A DNA stretch of 64,000 bases from Thalia democratica. Taxonomy: Eukaryota. Of this stretch, positions 11,395 through 23,328 are shown piece after piece. The DNA is taken from positions 21,948,001 through 22,012,000 of the forward strand of contig OZ241829.1 of assembly GCA_965202585.1 (NCBI GenBank), written 5' to 3'. Position 1 is the first letter of the stretch, and each line of letters opens with the position of its first letter. A program made the translations under genes and the position numbers. The notes beneath the pieces were generated by a model. It was given only the letters and a program-made list of their open reading frames with translations, was not told the origin of the DNA and ran no database searches.

Positions 11395-13960
11395 ATGTCT
11401 GCTACTTATAAGCTAAGAGCAAGAAAAGATCTAAACAAACCCTTGAATCCTGGGCATTACGTTGTTAAAAAGATATACGGCCGGAGAGAAAGAATATTTA
11501 GAAGCAAAAAAAGAATTGAGCATGTTGTCAGATGGAATGGGTATAGTTCGTTAGTTTATTTTAATTTAAGCTACGTAATAATTAATTTTATGTAAAGTTA
11601 TTATTTATAACTGAGTATGTTTAATGTTTTACTATGATTAGTTATTGTGTTTATAATATCCTAGTAAATAATAAATAATGGACTTTACCTCACGATCAAA
11701 AACAACAGCATCTGAGACAACCTACAACCGGTTTCGTTCTATTTAGGACTCATCAGGCAGGCATAGTCGCGAGAAACTAAATTTTTCATTCTACTCTTAA
11801 ACGGTCGCATTAGTACTTCGTGTTTAAGCTCACTTAGTTAGAGCTCAACAGCGGTATCTTGAGACTATTCCTGCCTAAGGAGTCCTAATTAGGACGAAAC
11901 CAGTTGTAAGTTGTTAACTGGTTTCTAATATCTAACAATGTCTATAAATTGTAACAGCTCGTTTTGTATATGATTTGTTTTAATTTTTTTTTTGTTATTT
12001 GATTGAAAACTATTTTATTATTATCAACTACAAGCGACTATTAAATTTACCAAGAAGTCTTTTCTGTTTATCTAGACAGTTGTGTAAACAACTGTTTTTA
12101 ACTTCAAAAGAGTAAAACATTGTCTTGTGTACTTTTATTTAACTTTTATTTTGTTTTACATCACTCATTATCAAAGTTATAAAAATATTTTCAATAAAAA
12201 GAAACTATTTATAAAAATCAATATCATTTTTATCTACATTTTTTTATGAAATTAAAAATAAAAAAATTTATTAAAGCGATGAAGATACTTGGGAGCCAAT
12301 TGAAAATTTGGAAGGTTGCCCACAAGCCCTTGATATATTTTATAGGCGTTGTGAACGAAAGATAACAAAATTGAACGATATTTCAGAACTGGTTAGGAAA
12401 AAGAATAGAACTGGTGAGAAACTAACTCTAAATGTTTTTTTAACTTAGAAATTTTTAGAAGTAAACTAGTTAACATTTATTCTAATTAAAAGCTATTTGA
12501 TTAATTAATTTATTTTTTTCAGTTTTTTAAAAAGCGTTATTAGTTTAAAATTTTAAATAAAAAAAAATAAAAACATTTACATTAATAGAGCCTTCGTAAG
12601 TGTTAATTGCAAAATTAACCTAAAGCAGTTTTTTAAGTATTTAAAACGTTTGCCTAAACTTTATAGGGTTATCTGTTTTGAAAAAAATAATTGCAGAAGA
12701 TATGACTGAAATTTCAAAGGTCAAGTTAAAAAACAAAAATACTGAAACAAAAAACAAAAGTAAGTAAATTTAGTTTCATGTCTAACACATTCAGGACGAT
12801 TGCATAAAAACTATTTCTATATGTTTATATTATAAGTATTTTCATAAATTAAAAAAAAATAATTTAAAAGTTTTTTTATTTTTCATGTAAATGTTACAAT
12901 TGTTTCTTTCTCAGGCTTGAAGCAGCTAGTTAGAAAGAAAACCAGACAAAATTTTAGGCTTGCAAAAAAAATTGCCAGTTTAAAAGAGGATACAAAAACT
13001 CTTGAAGACACAAACATGTACCTTTTAAGAAGTTTACATGAAATTGAGACAAATTACAATACAGAAAGTAAGCTACAGTTGTTTTATATATTACTGTTTT
13101 CTATGATTAATTAACGAATATTATAGGTAATGTAGTAAAAAAAAAAGTTATTGACGTGATGATATAAAAAAAAAATTAAAATTAAGACAACTTCTTTATC
13201 TAATTAACTGGTTCCGAATCTCGTTTACTTGACTTTTTGGTTTTTATTTAACCCTGAAAAGCGGATAAACAATTAAATCTAGTTTTATTTGTCTAACAAG
13301 CACTGATTTTAGGTTTAACGACCAAAGTAGTAGCCATTGCAAAAACACAGATTCCACAACAATTCGTGAAGGTTAGTTTTTTGTTTATTGTATTAAGATG
13401 AGTCCATAGTTTTAAATATAAATAATTTAGAAGGAGAAACTAAAAAAAGTCAAAAAAGAAGTCATTTCTTCTTGAAGAAAAAAAGAAACTAAAACAAGTC
13501 AGAAAGCAAAACTAGAGTGTTAAACAACGATCATATTAAAATCACATCAATTGAAGTAGATAATAGTTTGTATTTCAACACAGATGTTGAAAACTCAGAT
13601 GAACCAGAGAAGAAAACTATGGAGATAAATAAAGATCAAATGCATGTCTCATCAAATGAAGAAGATAATAACTTGCAGTCTAGTACAGTTGTAGACAATT
13701 CAGATGAGCCAGTGAGAAAGAAGATAAAGCATCCTCCTTCAGTTCGCGACATTAAGATCAAATCTGATGAGAAGCTGCAGAGGATGTCTAGTGAGGAGAG
13801 AATAGGATACTTGAAGAGAAAGCGCCAGGAGATAGCTGATGTATGGAGTCTATGGGAGCAGTATAGACTTCAGAAGAAGAAGAGAAAGCACGAGAAAAAG
13901 AAAAATTGGCTCAAGTGGAAAAAGAGCAAAATAGCAGCGAATAAAACAAAAAGACAGTAA
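11395..13960 (+). CDS. Chromodomain + coiled-coil protein, copy 1 (spliced; 3' end uncertain or frameshifted)
   Basis: Exons 11395-11549, 12277-12413, 12667-12759 and 12915-13067 join in frame with GT-AG sites: [50 protein letters not shown]. Exon 4 ends in a different phase from paralogs, so linkage to about 13313-13371 and the basic C-terminal ORF 13517-13960 is unresolved. Confidence 0.75.
11720..11762 (-). ncRNA. Minimal type I hammerhead ribozyme motif, intact core
   Basis: Minus strand reads GCCTGC-CTGATGA-GTCCT AAAT AGAAC-GAAAC-CG-GTT-GTAGGT. Helix I is GCCUGC/GUAGGU, helix II has one mismatch, helix III is palindromic ACCGGU; predicted GUU cleavage between 11726 and 11725. Confidence 0.8.
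11869..11911 (+). ncRNA. Degenerate hammerhead ribozyme motif (G5A)
   Basis: TCCTGC-CTAAGGA-GTCCT AATT AGGAC-GAAAC-CA-GTT-GTAAGT: perfect helix II and GAAA, but core CUAAGGA and a broken helix III palindrome. Confidence 0.7.
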
Positions 13961-14669
13961 AGGAGCTTTACGATTTAGAATGATGTACAAAACTATTCTA
14001 ATTAGACTGTCTTGTTTGTGTTGTATATTTAAACGTAGGTTCAAAAACATGCTTCCAAAATATTTGTTGCCTTTTAGACAATTTTGTTTAAGTGTATCTA
14101 GAATTAACTTTTATACATGCTTGACTTTGTAAAACAGATCCAATAAAATATTATTTTTAAGCATTAAGTTTGTTTTATTATTTAGATCTGTTAGAAGTTC
14201 ATCAAATATTATCTAATATTCAAATTGTTTGATTTCAATAAACTACTTCTTATCAAACTAAAGGAAAGTGATAAGATCTAAAAATTAAACTTCTTAAAAC
14301 TTATGTTTTTAAACATACTAACGTATTTTTCTTAAAGTTAATATTCGGGTTAAATTTTTTAATTACTGGTGTTTTGCAATATTTAAAATTTAAATGCAGA
14401 CTTGGCTTCAAATTTATTTGATCAAATAACGAAGAAATAATTTTTTAAGTACTTGTTGATAACAATTTTATGTGATTATATGAAATTTTGCTGTCTTTGA
14501 AGTTCAATAAAAACATGCTGGTATGTTTACTTATTAACACCTTTATCTAAAAAAATAACAATGTTAAGTTAATATACCAATGAAAACTTTTAGAAGTAAA
14601 ACAAAATCTCTAAAACAAGTTTAATTTAATATAATCATTTATATATATAAAAAATCACACTAAAATGAT

Positions 14670-15144
14670 TTATTCACAATAATTTAATAATGTTTTTACG
14701 GCGCTTAACAAGTTTTGCGTTTCCTTCCGGCGGCTTCTGCTGGCTAAATTTTGTATTCTGAAAAAAATAAAAATTATTTAAAAATATTTTGATAATTATT
14801 TTCTTATTGCAGAAATATATCTAAATAGATAATTAATCTCAATACTTGATTTTAATTTTGAAGGAAACTGTTTTAAAAGTTTGTCTGATTTTTTCTGTCA
14901 TGAAAATTAAAAAAACATATTTAAGTTTATAATATTTTATAAATTAAGATTGCCTTAACGACAGACTATATCCTAATATTTATTACTATATACATTAGTT
15001 AAAACAAAACTAACCAGAAACTTCAATTTTCCTCGCTGGGGATTGGCTGGTTTTTATCACGTGTTCAACAATTCCGTTTGTGACGACACAACTGACTTGT
15101 TTGCCGTCGTCATCACGACTGACGTCATAAGTGAATGGTTGGTT
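14670..15144 (-). pseudogene. Orphan 3' exons (second half of an Ig domain plus last exon) of the Sushi-Ig gene
   Basis: Exon 15015-15144 encodes NQPFTYDVSRDDDGKQVSCVVTNGIVEHVIKTSQSPARKIEVS, paralogous to 53856-53985. The next exon starts at 14757. No upstream exons are present; a partial tandem copy lies at about 15210-15290. Confidence 0.75.
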
Positions 15145-16043
15145 CTAAAAAATGTTTGATACTTATTAAAAAAATCATGATAAAAGAAATATTGTTCAGA
15201 ATTTTACAAATTTTAACTGTCGTCATTTTTACTGACGTCATAAGTAATTGATTTGTTCTAAAGAATGTTTGATATTTATAAAAGGAAATTCATGATATTA
15301 AAAGTGTTTTATTTTTAATTTTACAATATTTTTAATTAAAAAATGATAATTCAATATAGTAAAGTGCTAGATATATCGGTTTTGAAGACTTAAAAGTTCA
15401 GCTTAATTATAAAACAAGAGAATTCCTGATCTTCCCTTGTACTTATCGAAACTCCCCCTAATGACTGTTTTTTTTTAATTATTAAATTGTTGTTGAACTA
15501 GCTTTTGCATCGTCACAAGTTGTTGCAATACAAACAGTGAAATGGAAAACACTTTTATTATGTCATTGTCATCGTTTTTGAAATTTGAGTGAAATGTAGC
15601 TTATATAAAATAGTATTAAGCATCTTAAACATTTGAAATAAAGTATTATATATTTTATTAATTAGTTATACCCTAAATCAGTAAGATATATGACGTTTTT
15701 AACAAGTTTTATTTTGCAATAAAAAGGTCATTTTTATAGGGATTCCTCTACCAACTTAGCTGAAACTGGTGGATTTTTTATAACTTTTAGGGTGTTAATC
15801 ATGGTACAAAACAATAGCCTTTGATGCTTTTCTCCCAAATTATTTTGCTTTAAAGAAATATTTTTTATAAGTGCTTGGCCGATATTTTGAGAGAGAAAAA
15901 GTTCAACTTTTTATCAAAATAGAACTATATTACACAGAAAATAGACAGTTTTAAATTATACTAAGTTTTCTTTAGTTATAATTCTTAAAGATTAGTTTCA
16001 ATGGTTTTAAGTTTTTGCTCAGACTAAAATTATCGTACAAAGA

Positions 16044-16256
16044 CAGGGGTTGGCAAACCGCAGCCCGCGATGTACTTTCAGCTAAAATCATACTCTTTTA
16101 AATAAATGAATATAAAGTTGTTGCGGTGGAAACTTACAATTAAGCTTTTGATATAGTAATAAGAAATCGTTAGCGCAAAATGGCAGCATATCTTGTATCA
16201 TATTTTTGCTTTTATTGAGTACTAAATTTATTTTATTAATTTCGGCCCGCAAGCAA
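16044..16256 (+). mobile_element. hAT (Charlie-like) DNA transposon terminus
   Basis: Begins CAGGGGTTGGCAAACCGCAGCCCGCG; subterminal cggcccgc at about 16243; duplicate of 5645-5854. A more decayed copy lies near 34560-34600. Confidence 0.6.
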
Positions 16257-16667
16257 TTTAGGTAGAGAAATTAGGTAGACACGTTTCGATTTTTTATTAA
16301 CTTTTTGATCCTCACCCAAAATTCCTTCACTTGTGCTCGGCAGCTTTCGTCGGTTTTCAACTTTAAAAAAATAAAACAATAGTTTAGTAGTTATAGTTTA
16401 TTGAAGGTCAAAAAACAGTAAACAATAATGATTCGGTTTAAAAATCAAAAGCATAATTAAAAGTAGCTGAAAAAGAGGTTTAAATTAGAGCTAGTTTTTT
16501 TTCGTAAACAATAAAGGTATTTTTTTAAATTTTGTTTCATGTATATCGTTAAAAACACTTTTCTAAATAAGAGTTTTTTTTATCTTAATTAAGTTATTAA
16601 AACTTGCTTCAAATATAAGTATTACTAAAACCTACTTCCAATAGACTCGAACTTCTAAAGCCAGTGG

Positions 16668-16675
16668 TATATAAG
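16668..16675 (+). promoter_or_regulatory. Candidate TATA box for family A copy 2
   Basis: TATATAAG inside a locally conserved block (also on the minus strand near 5241-5248), upstream of candidate 5'UTR exons. Position-based inference only. Confidence 0.3.
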
Positions 16676-19108
16676 TGATCGCTTGGTGTTGATAGACGAT
16701 AGAAAATAGGAAAACAAAATTCATTTGTAAATCTAGCTCTACGATAGATTTGATTCAAAATATCGACACTTATACTAACTTTTGAGTTTTATTTGCGGTT
16801 GATATTTAAAAAAATATACTTTACTTTACTTATTTTTATTTGCAAACTGTTTAATATTGTTCAAATTTTTATTTCTTAACTTTTAAATTTTCTATAAGCT
16901 TAGTTTTTCAACAATATTCTGCTTTTTAACGTTAATTGAAATCATAAATTGTGTTAAATGTTTTTATGTTAACTTTTATTTCATTAAATAACTTTTAAGC
17001 TAGCTAGAACTACAACTAAATAATATTTTTTTATTACCATAGTTTTAAAACGATAAGCTAAAAACCTGAAAACAAACTGTTTTAAAATTAAAGTATATAT
17101 CACTATATGAATTAGACTTTGAGTTAAACAACTTAAGCATTCGTAAAAAAAACTGTGATGATTTTCAAAGCTGTTTTTAGCATCTGATAAACTCAAATGC
17201 AGTTTTTTGTAAATGACTTGTTTCGTCCATACGTTTTTATTTAGCAACTTTTGATTAGTATTTATTTAAAATTCATAAATACTGTGTAATGCAAACAATA
17301 AGTTTCGTAACTCACAAATCAAAAAGTTTATACATATCGTTTACTGTCACAATGGTAAATTGTTGTCAAAATGAATTACAACAACAAGTTAATATTACGA
17401 ATTAAAAAGGTTTTACAAGTTGTTCACTTCTACGGGTTAGCTCTTTTGAACATTGTTTAAAAGCAAAAGAAAGTGCGACTACATAAGGTTAAACAAATTT
17501 TTAAACAAGCTGTTTTAACAAACTTAAGGTTGTTATAAAATTTTATATTTACATTAACAAGGTTTTTCATGCGAAACTTAAAATTTAACCATACTTGTAC
17601 ATTAAAGACGCATCGTATAAATTTTCCATTAACAAAAACTAAGTTTTTACAAACTTTATAGAACTTCTGTTTTAAAAAGTAATTTATCATAACCTTTTTT
17701 ATTCAACTTTATGGTTAATTTGTATGATATGAAAATATAGATTAGGTATACCTACATAACTTTAGAAACCTCAGTAGATACTCATAGCCAATTTTATAGT
17801 AGATAATTGGTAGTAAAAATAGTTTTTAAATTATTGTCTAAATACCCTGGAAATATAGTTTTTTACTGTACCATTTTTATAAAGCTTTGAGAATCATAAC
17901 ATTGAACCTAAAAAGTTTTTCATAATGTCTATACATAAATAAAGTTGTTTTCGCTCAAATTTAACAGTGTATTTGCTTCACATTAAGTAAGTTAGTGCTT
18001 TAAAACTTTTATCATTAGTTTCAACTAAAAAGTTATTAAATCCTCAAAAAACTGTAGTACAAGGTTTATGACCAACTTTAAATCAGCATTTGCATTATTT
18101 CAAAAAAAAACCTTTTTGCTGTTACCTGTAGAATTATAAAGCTTTAGCTCATTTTAGTTTATATGTTTCAAAATTGTTTTGTTTTAGATATTTTACATTG
18201 TTATTAAAATAACTCAATTCAACAAAAAGTTACTCTTCATGTAAAATGTCTGAACATTGTTTTTTTTGTTGATTTAGTTATTTTTGACGGTTCGTTTTAG
18301 ACGGTTGTTTAAAAATACACAGCTTTAAATGTTTTTAAACTTTTATAAACTCGGCATCTGCAGCTTTGTATGAGGTAAAGGCGATTTTTCTGAATTTAAT
18401 TATGTAATTTCTGTAAACAACTATGTAATTTTTTTTTAAATTTCTTTACAGAAGCTGTTTTAAATTTTATTTTTTTAATAACAAAAGTGTACAACATCAT
18501 TCAAACAATTTCTTAAACATCTGTATTTTCTTTGCTTATCAAATTAGAAATTTTTTATCCTTTTTTACTACAATGCTTATAATACCTTTTTGTTTAAATA
18601 TTAAAACAACGTCATATTTTAATATTTCAAGATTTATTTCAAATTTCTAGATAAATAAATACACTATTTTTTTTAATGATGAAAAATCACTGATTTACAC
18701 TCAAAAATTTATAGTAATAAAACAGAAAAATCCTTAGTTTTTAAATAAAATGTTTAAAAAATTACAAAGTAAAGTTTACAATTTCTTAAAATCTAAATTT
18801 ACCTTTAGTAATAGTTAGCTAGCTAAAAAGAAAAATTTGATTTTTTTTTAGATTTATATTGCACAGCTGAAAATAAAACTAGAAATATTTGAGTAAATTA
18901 GCACTAGCAAAAGATTAAAAACATTCGAGAAGATGGTTAATTTTCTTATCTTACAGATTAATTTACGTGACGTAAAACCAACTACTTTTAATACTATAAA
19001 TAACCCTATATAGAATAAAACTTAAATCTACTTACGTTGATATTTTGTGTAAACAGTCAGTTAAGTTAAGTATAAAGTTTAACACTCATAACACAGGAGT
19101 CCTGTAAA

Positions 19109-20495
19109 ATGATTAAAGTTTCGTTTAAGTTGGATGTTAGTTTGAGCAAAATGGTTCTCGGTTTTGCTGGTCTGTCTGTGGCAATTGGTGCTTTTCATTA
19201 CTTTTCTAAACAGAACAACAAACAAGTTGGTTTAAAAACTGTTAAAACTGTTACCTGTGATACAAAAGGTAAGAAAGATGTTATCATTAAAAATACTTTA
19301 GAGTCAGTAAGTGAACCTAGCATTAGTGATACCAAAAATATGTCTTGTAGTCTGAAGTTGTTAAAAAGTCAGGTTTATAAAGAAGTACAACTAGCTGTGA
19401 ATAGTAGTGACAAAAACTCAAACAATAGTGAAGGACTGTTTGTGAATCAAGAAGAAGAAAAACTGTTAGCAACTTCAGCTAATACTGAATCAGAGATTAT
19501 CAAAAATAATGATGTTTTAGTTCAGGAAGAAAAACAAAACTTGTTTAAAGAAAATGTAAATAATATTCATAATAAAGCAGCAAAGCATGATGAAATTAGG
19601 CAAGCCTCTGAAAATTTGTCTGATAAAAGTAAGTACTCAAAAAAAAAAACCCCTAAAAACGAATGATACCAAACTAATCGACAGTTTTGCGTCATCAGAT
19701 GCTGAAAAATTAAATCATATTGTGAATCCAATAACAAACGAAAAGACTTCTAATGCAAACAGTGATGAAAAATTGAACAAAAATTCAAAAGTAGACTTAG
19801 TTTCAGATAATGCTAACGATGTTGGTAAGACAATTGAAAATCAACCGGAGGATAAAACAAAAGACGATGTTAAGAAAGAGTGTGTAAAGTTAGGACTATT
19901 TTTAAATGAACTGGCAACGTTGGTAGAGACAATTATGCTCAATCGTTTTGAATTTTTTAGAAAAACGTTAGCAGCAAGTAAGCCTTCAAAGGATGTTTTG
20001 GGAATGTATTCAACTAATCACCTGAAGCATATTGACAGTTCTAAAAGTGAAGGTTTTATAAACAAGCTGTATCAGATAGAAAAGTTTCATTGGCAAGTGA
20101 TCTCTGACAGCTTGGGTAAAGGTGTTTTGGTAACAAAGTTCTTCGAAAGTAATTCAGATTCTGGGATCAGCCCTTTTGACCTCGTTGGAGATCTCTACTA
20201 CGGTGTAAGTGGGGTGCTAAAATCTTATAAATGTTTGTTTGACCAGTTGAAACAATCGGTACAAGCTGGAGATGCTAACAAAAATGTGATTGGAAATAGT
20301 CAGGAAGAGTTGAACGACTACCTCAGCTCTTTGAATAAAGTCTACGACGAACTGAACCAGACAATGAACAGTGTTTACGCCGACCAAGAAGATAATGATG
20401 AGCTTATTGGGGTGGTCTATGAAACAACAAGTTTTCTAGAAAATTTTTTTGATGGACTGAGGGTTATGGCGGCTAAAATTAACTCTTATTTGTAA
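19109..20495 (+). CDS. Family A copy 2 (type I); single +1 frameshift in an A11 run, possibly intact
   Basis: ORFs 19109-19666 and 19587-20495 together match the 453-aa paralog. The only break is 11 A at 19639-19649, where the paralog has 10 nt (GAAGAAAGAA). Confidence 0.8.
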
Positions 20496-20939
20496 TTGGA
20501 CAGTTACAAATCCCCCGGATAAACACATTTATGTTTGTTATTTTTCAGACAGTTCATTATATTGAAATACACTTTTCTATGTTTTTATTGTCTGCATTTT
20601 TAGTTATATATAAACAAAGAAAAAGTGTTCGTGTATAAAAAAGTTTTTAATTTTTTTTTATCAAACTAATATAGTACTGTTTACAATCTCAGTATTTTTC
20701 TAAACTTAATTAATTTAGTGTAGTATCTTACTAATGATGCATTATTAAGGAAAGTTAAGTTTAACAATTAATTTATTAACTGGTTTGCAGATAAGGTAAT
20801 ATAAAACACAACATAAGTTGTTTAAAATTTTTGTACGGTTAGGGTATAATGAATTAAGAGCAAGTATAGGAAGAGTTCGTAAGTTGTTGTACTACTATTA
20901 ATAGAAAAATGTGTAAACCTATAACTGCTTTATAGACTA

Positions 20940-21850
20940 TATATCGAGTTACAAGTGAGCAAATCAATGATCGCATAAGTCCAGGTCCCTCAACCAAAAA
21001 ATTTTTGAGAAGTTTTTCTTTTTTGTTCAATAGACTACTATAACCAAATCTTTTTTTAAAGTTCTTGAAAAATTTAACAGTTATGTCTTTATAGTTTTAA
21101 ATGAATTGATAAATCAAACACATTGTGAAAGTAAATATCCAAATAATTTAAAAATAGCAGAAGTAATTCAAATATTCAAACCAGGATCAAAACGTTTAAG
21201 GCAACTAATTGGAGACCAATCTAAATTTTATCTAACTTAAAAAAAAATTAAGAAGTAATATACAATTGTTTATATAGTATTTTTACAAAAAATTATATTT
21301 TAAACTATCCGAAACTTGGTTTTCTAGAGAACCACTGTACTACCATAGCTATGTTCAAATTTGTAGAATCTGTTCTGAATAGGTATGATAAGAGAGAAGC
21401 AGTATTTGCGGAATTACTTGATTTAAGTAAAGCATTTGATAATGTTGATAGAAGGGTTTTGCTAAACAAAATAGAATGTTATAGTGCAAAATTAAATTTT
21501 AATTAATAAAAAGGGAACAGTATGATAATTTTTGTAAGTGAAGAAACGTGAAAAATAGACGTAGTAGTACCACAAGGTTCAGTCCTAGGACCTCTTTTAT
21601 TTCTTATACACATTAATGACCTATAAAACAATACTAGCTCAAGATTTTTTAAAATTTGCAGACGATACTTACATTTATACTTATAACATTTAATGAAACC
21701 ACATATTTACAAGACAGTGACAACTTTAGTTTGAATTTCAAAAAGTCTCAAATTGGTCTTAAAAATAGCTATTTGAATATAAACAAACATAGAAGTATTC
21801 TACTTCATCCAGTTAAAAAAAATTTCGAAAAGTATAAAATTTAAATTCAA
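20940..21850 (+). mobile_element. Degenerate non-LTR retrotransposon (L2/CR1-like) RT fragment
   Basis: Broken motifs LLDLSKAFDNVDRRVLLNKIECY, VPQGSVLGPLLFLIHINDL and KFADDT. Confidence 0.85.
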
Positions 21851-23328
21851 AATTGCTAAATGAATTACGTCAAAAACACATTTTGAAGTTGTCGCTGCGG
21901 AATTCTGCTTTGATGCCGATTACTTGCAAGAGTGTCTTGCTTGAAACCAACTCAGAGATGGAGAAAGACCGGCCGTTTGCAAAGTAAAATTGAAGAATCA
22001 TAATAAAAGTTTCACTAATTTATTTACAATTATTTTTAATATAGTATTCAAACACATCTTGATGTTTTTTAAATTTTGCTTTAAACTGAGCTGATACATT
22101 TGCTCAATAAAATTTTATGTCGAAACAGAAACTAAATCTGATTTGCAAATTAAGTAATTTAATTTCAAGTAACTTATTAATTTTGTTTGTATATATTTCA
22201 TTCAAAGCTTACTATTTTTTAAAACTTCCATCAAGGTTGATTACACTTTTTTATGACAACTAATTTAATCGAAGAATCGAAACTAGTATCTTAGTTATAA
22301 CTATTTATATCTAATAGGTTTAGCGTTAAACATTATAAAAAATGTAAAATTAATGTTAAAATTATTGTTATTAAATTAAATTTAATTATAGAAATATGTC
22401 TGAAAAGTAGTTACAACAACGGTATCTAAGAGTTATTTACTTTCTAATTCTACATAATATAAAACTTTATTGACCAATATAAAACTATTGAATAGATATA
22501 TGCATAATATAAAGAAAAAAAAAAACTAAAGAACAAAATATTAGTGAAACTTAATTTTTTCCAACTCAATTCAGTTTAAAAATGATACTCTGTTAGTTAA
22601 AACATATTAAAATACAATTGTTATACTTTACTTTAGATAACTTTGTCAATTATGTTAATGTTTATAATTTTATAAATGATGTTGTATAGGAGCTGTTATT
22701 AATTTCTACTTTAAAAATAACATCTAGAAAAGATTTATTATTTAGGTAAATTTTTAAACAATTGAGATTAATTTGTCTATCAAACTAATAGTGTTTATTT
22801 TTTTATTTAATAGTGCTGGTTGTACGTTTTAATTTAAGGAACAAAAATTAAAACTATTTTGGTTGACAAATGATGTAGGTTTAACATTTGTAAACAAATA
22901 CATGTTTATTTGTGTTATTTTTTTTTTAGTTTAAATAAGTCATTTACATTTAAAAAGAATTAGTTTTAAAACAAAATAGATCATCCGTTAGAAAAGACTA
23001 CCAGCAGGTGTTATATAAATATCAAAGCAGAAGTTAAAAATTTAATTTAACAAATGAAAAGTTTTCTCTATACAAACGAAAAATTTTTTTATAACAAATA
23101 TTTTTCAAGTAAAGTTAAAGGAGTAACATGCTTTATTTCCTTGATATTGCAACAAAAAAAAAAAAAAAATTAAGTAAAGAAAAATTATTTTTGAACTTGA
23201 CTCATAAAATTATTTGACAATAAATAAAATAGTCTTTAACTCCTGTAATTTTTAAATAAAACAATACTTAACTCTACCGTCTTCAATAACACTAAAAGCT
23301 AATAATAAGTTAACTACGTATAAAAAAT

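Larger units (their letters stand above)
11681..11925. mobile_element. ~245-bp intronic insertion with inverted ~55-bp arms, each a hammerhead motif (probably Penelope pLTR-derived)
   Basis: Absent from intron 1 of the paralog at 48314, whose flanks align on both sides. About 11716-11775 is the diverged reverse complement of about 11859-11914. Confidence 0.75.
10760..15170. repeat. Direct segmental duplication (partners about 47660-50950 and 53470-54010)
   Basis: Collinear matches across the chromodomain gene promoter, exons and introns, then the Ig-exon block; the partner is interrupted by about 2.5 kb of other sequence. Confidence 0.85.
15460..19300. repeat. Arm of inverted segmental duplication (partner 2650-6430)
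   Basis: Reverse-complement collinearity with 2650-6430. Confidence 0.9.

Noticed and set aside
11681-11925. Classical retrozyme
   Set aside because: Retrozymes have same-polarity hammerheads in direct repeats that release a monomer; here the motifs are on opposite strands.
21880-21980. GC-richer island (also about 34345-34440) as an exon
   Set aside because: Stops or frame differences between the two copies and no recognisable protein.
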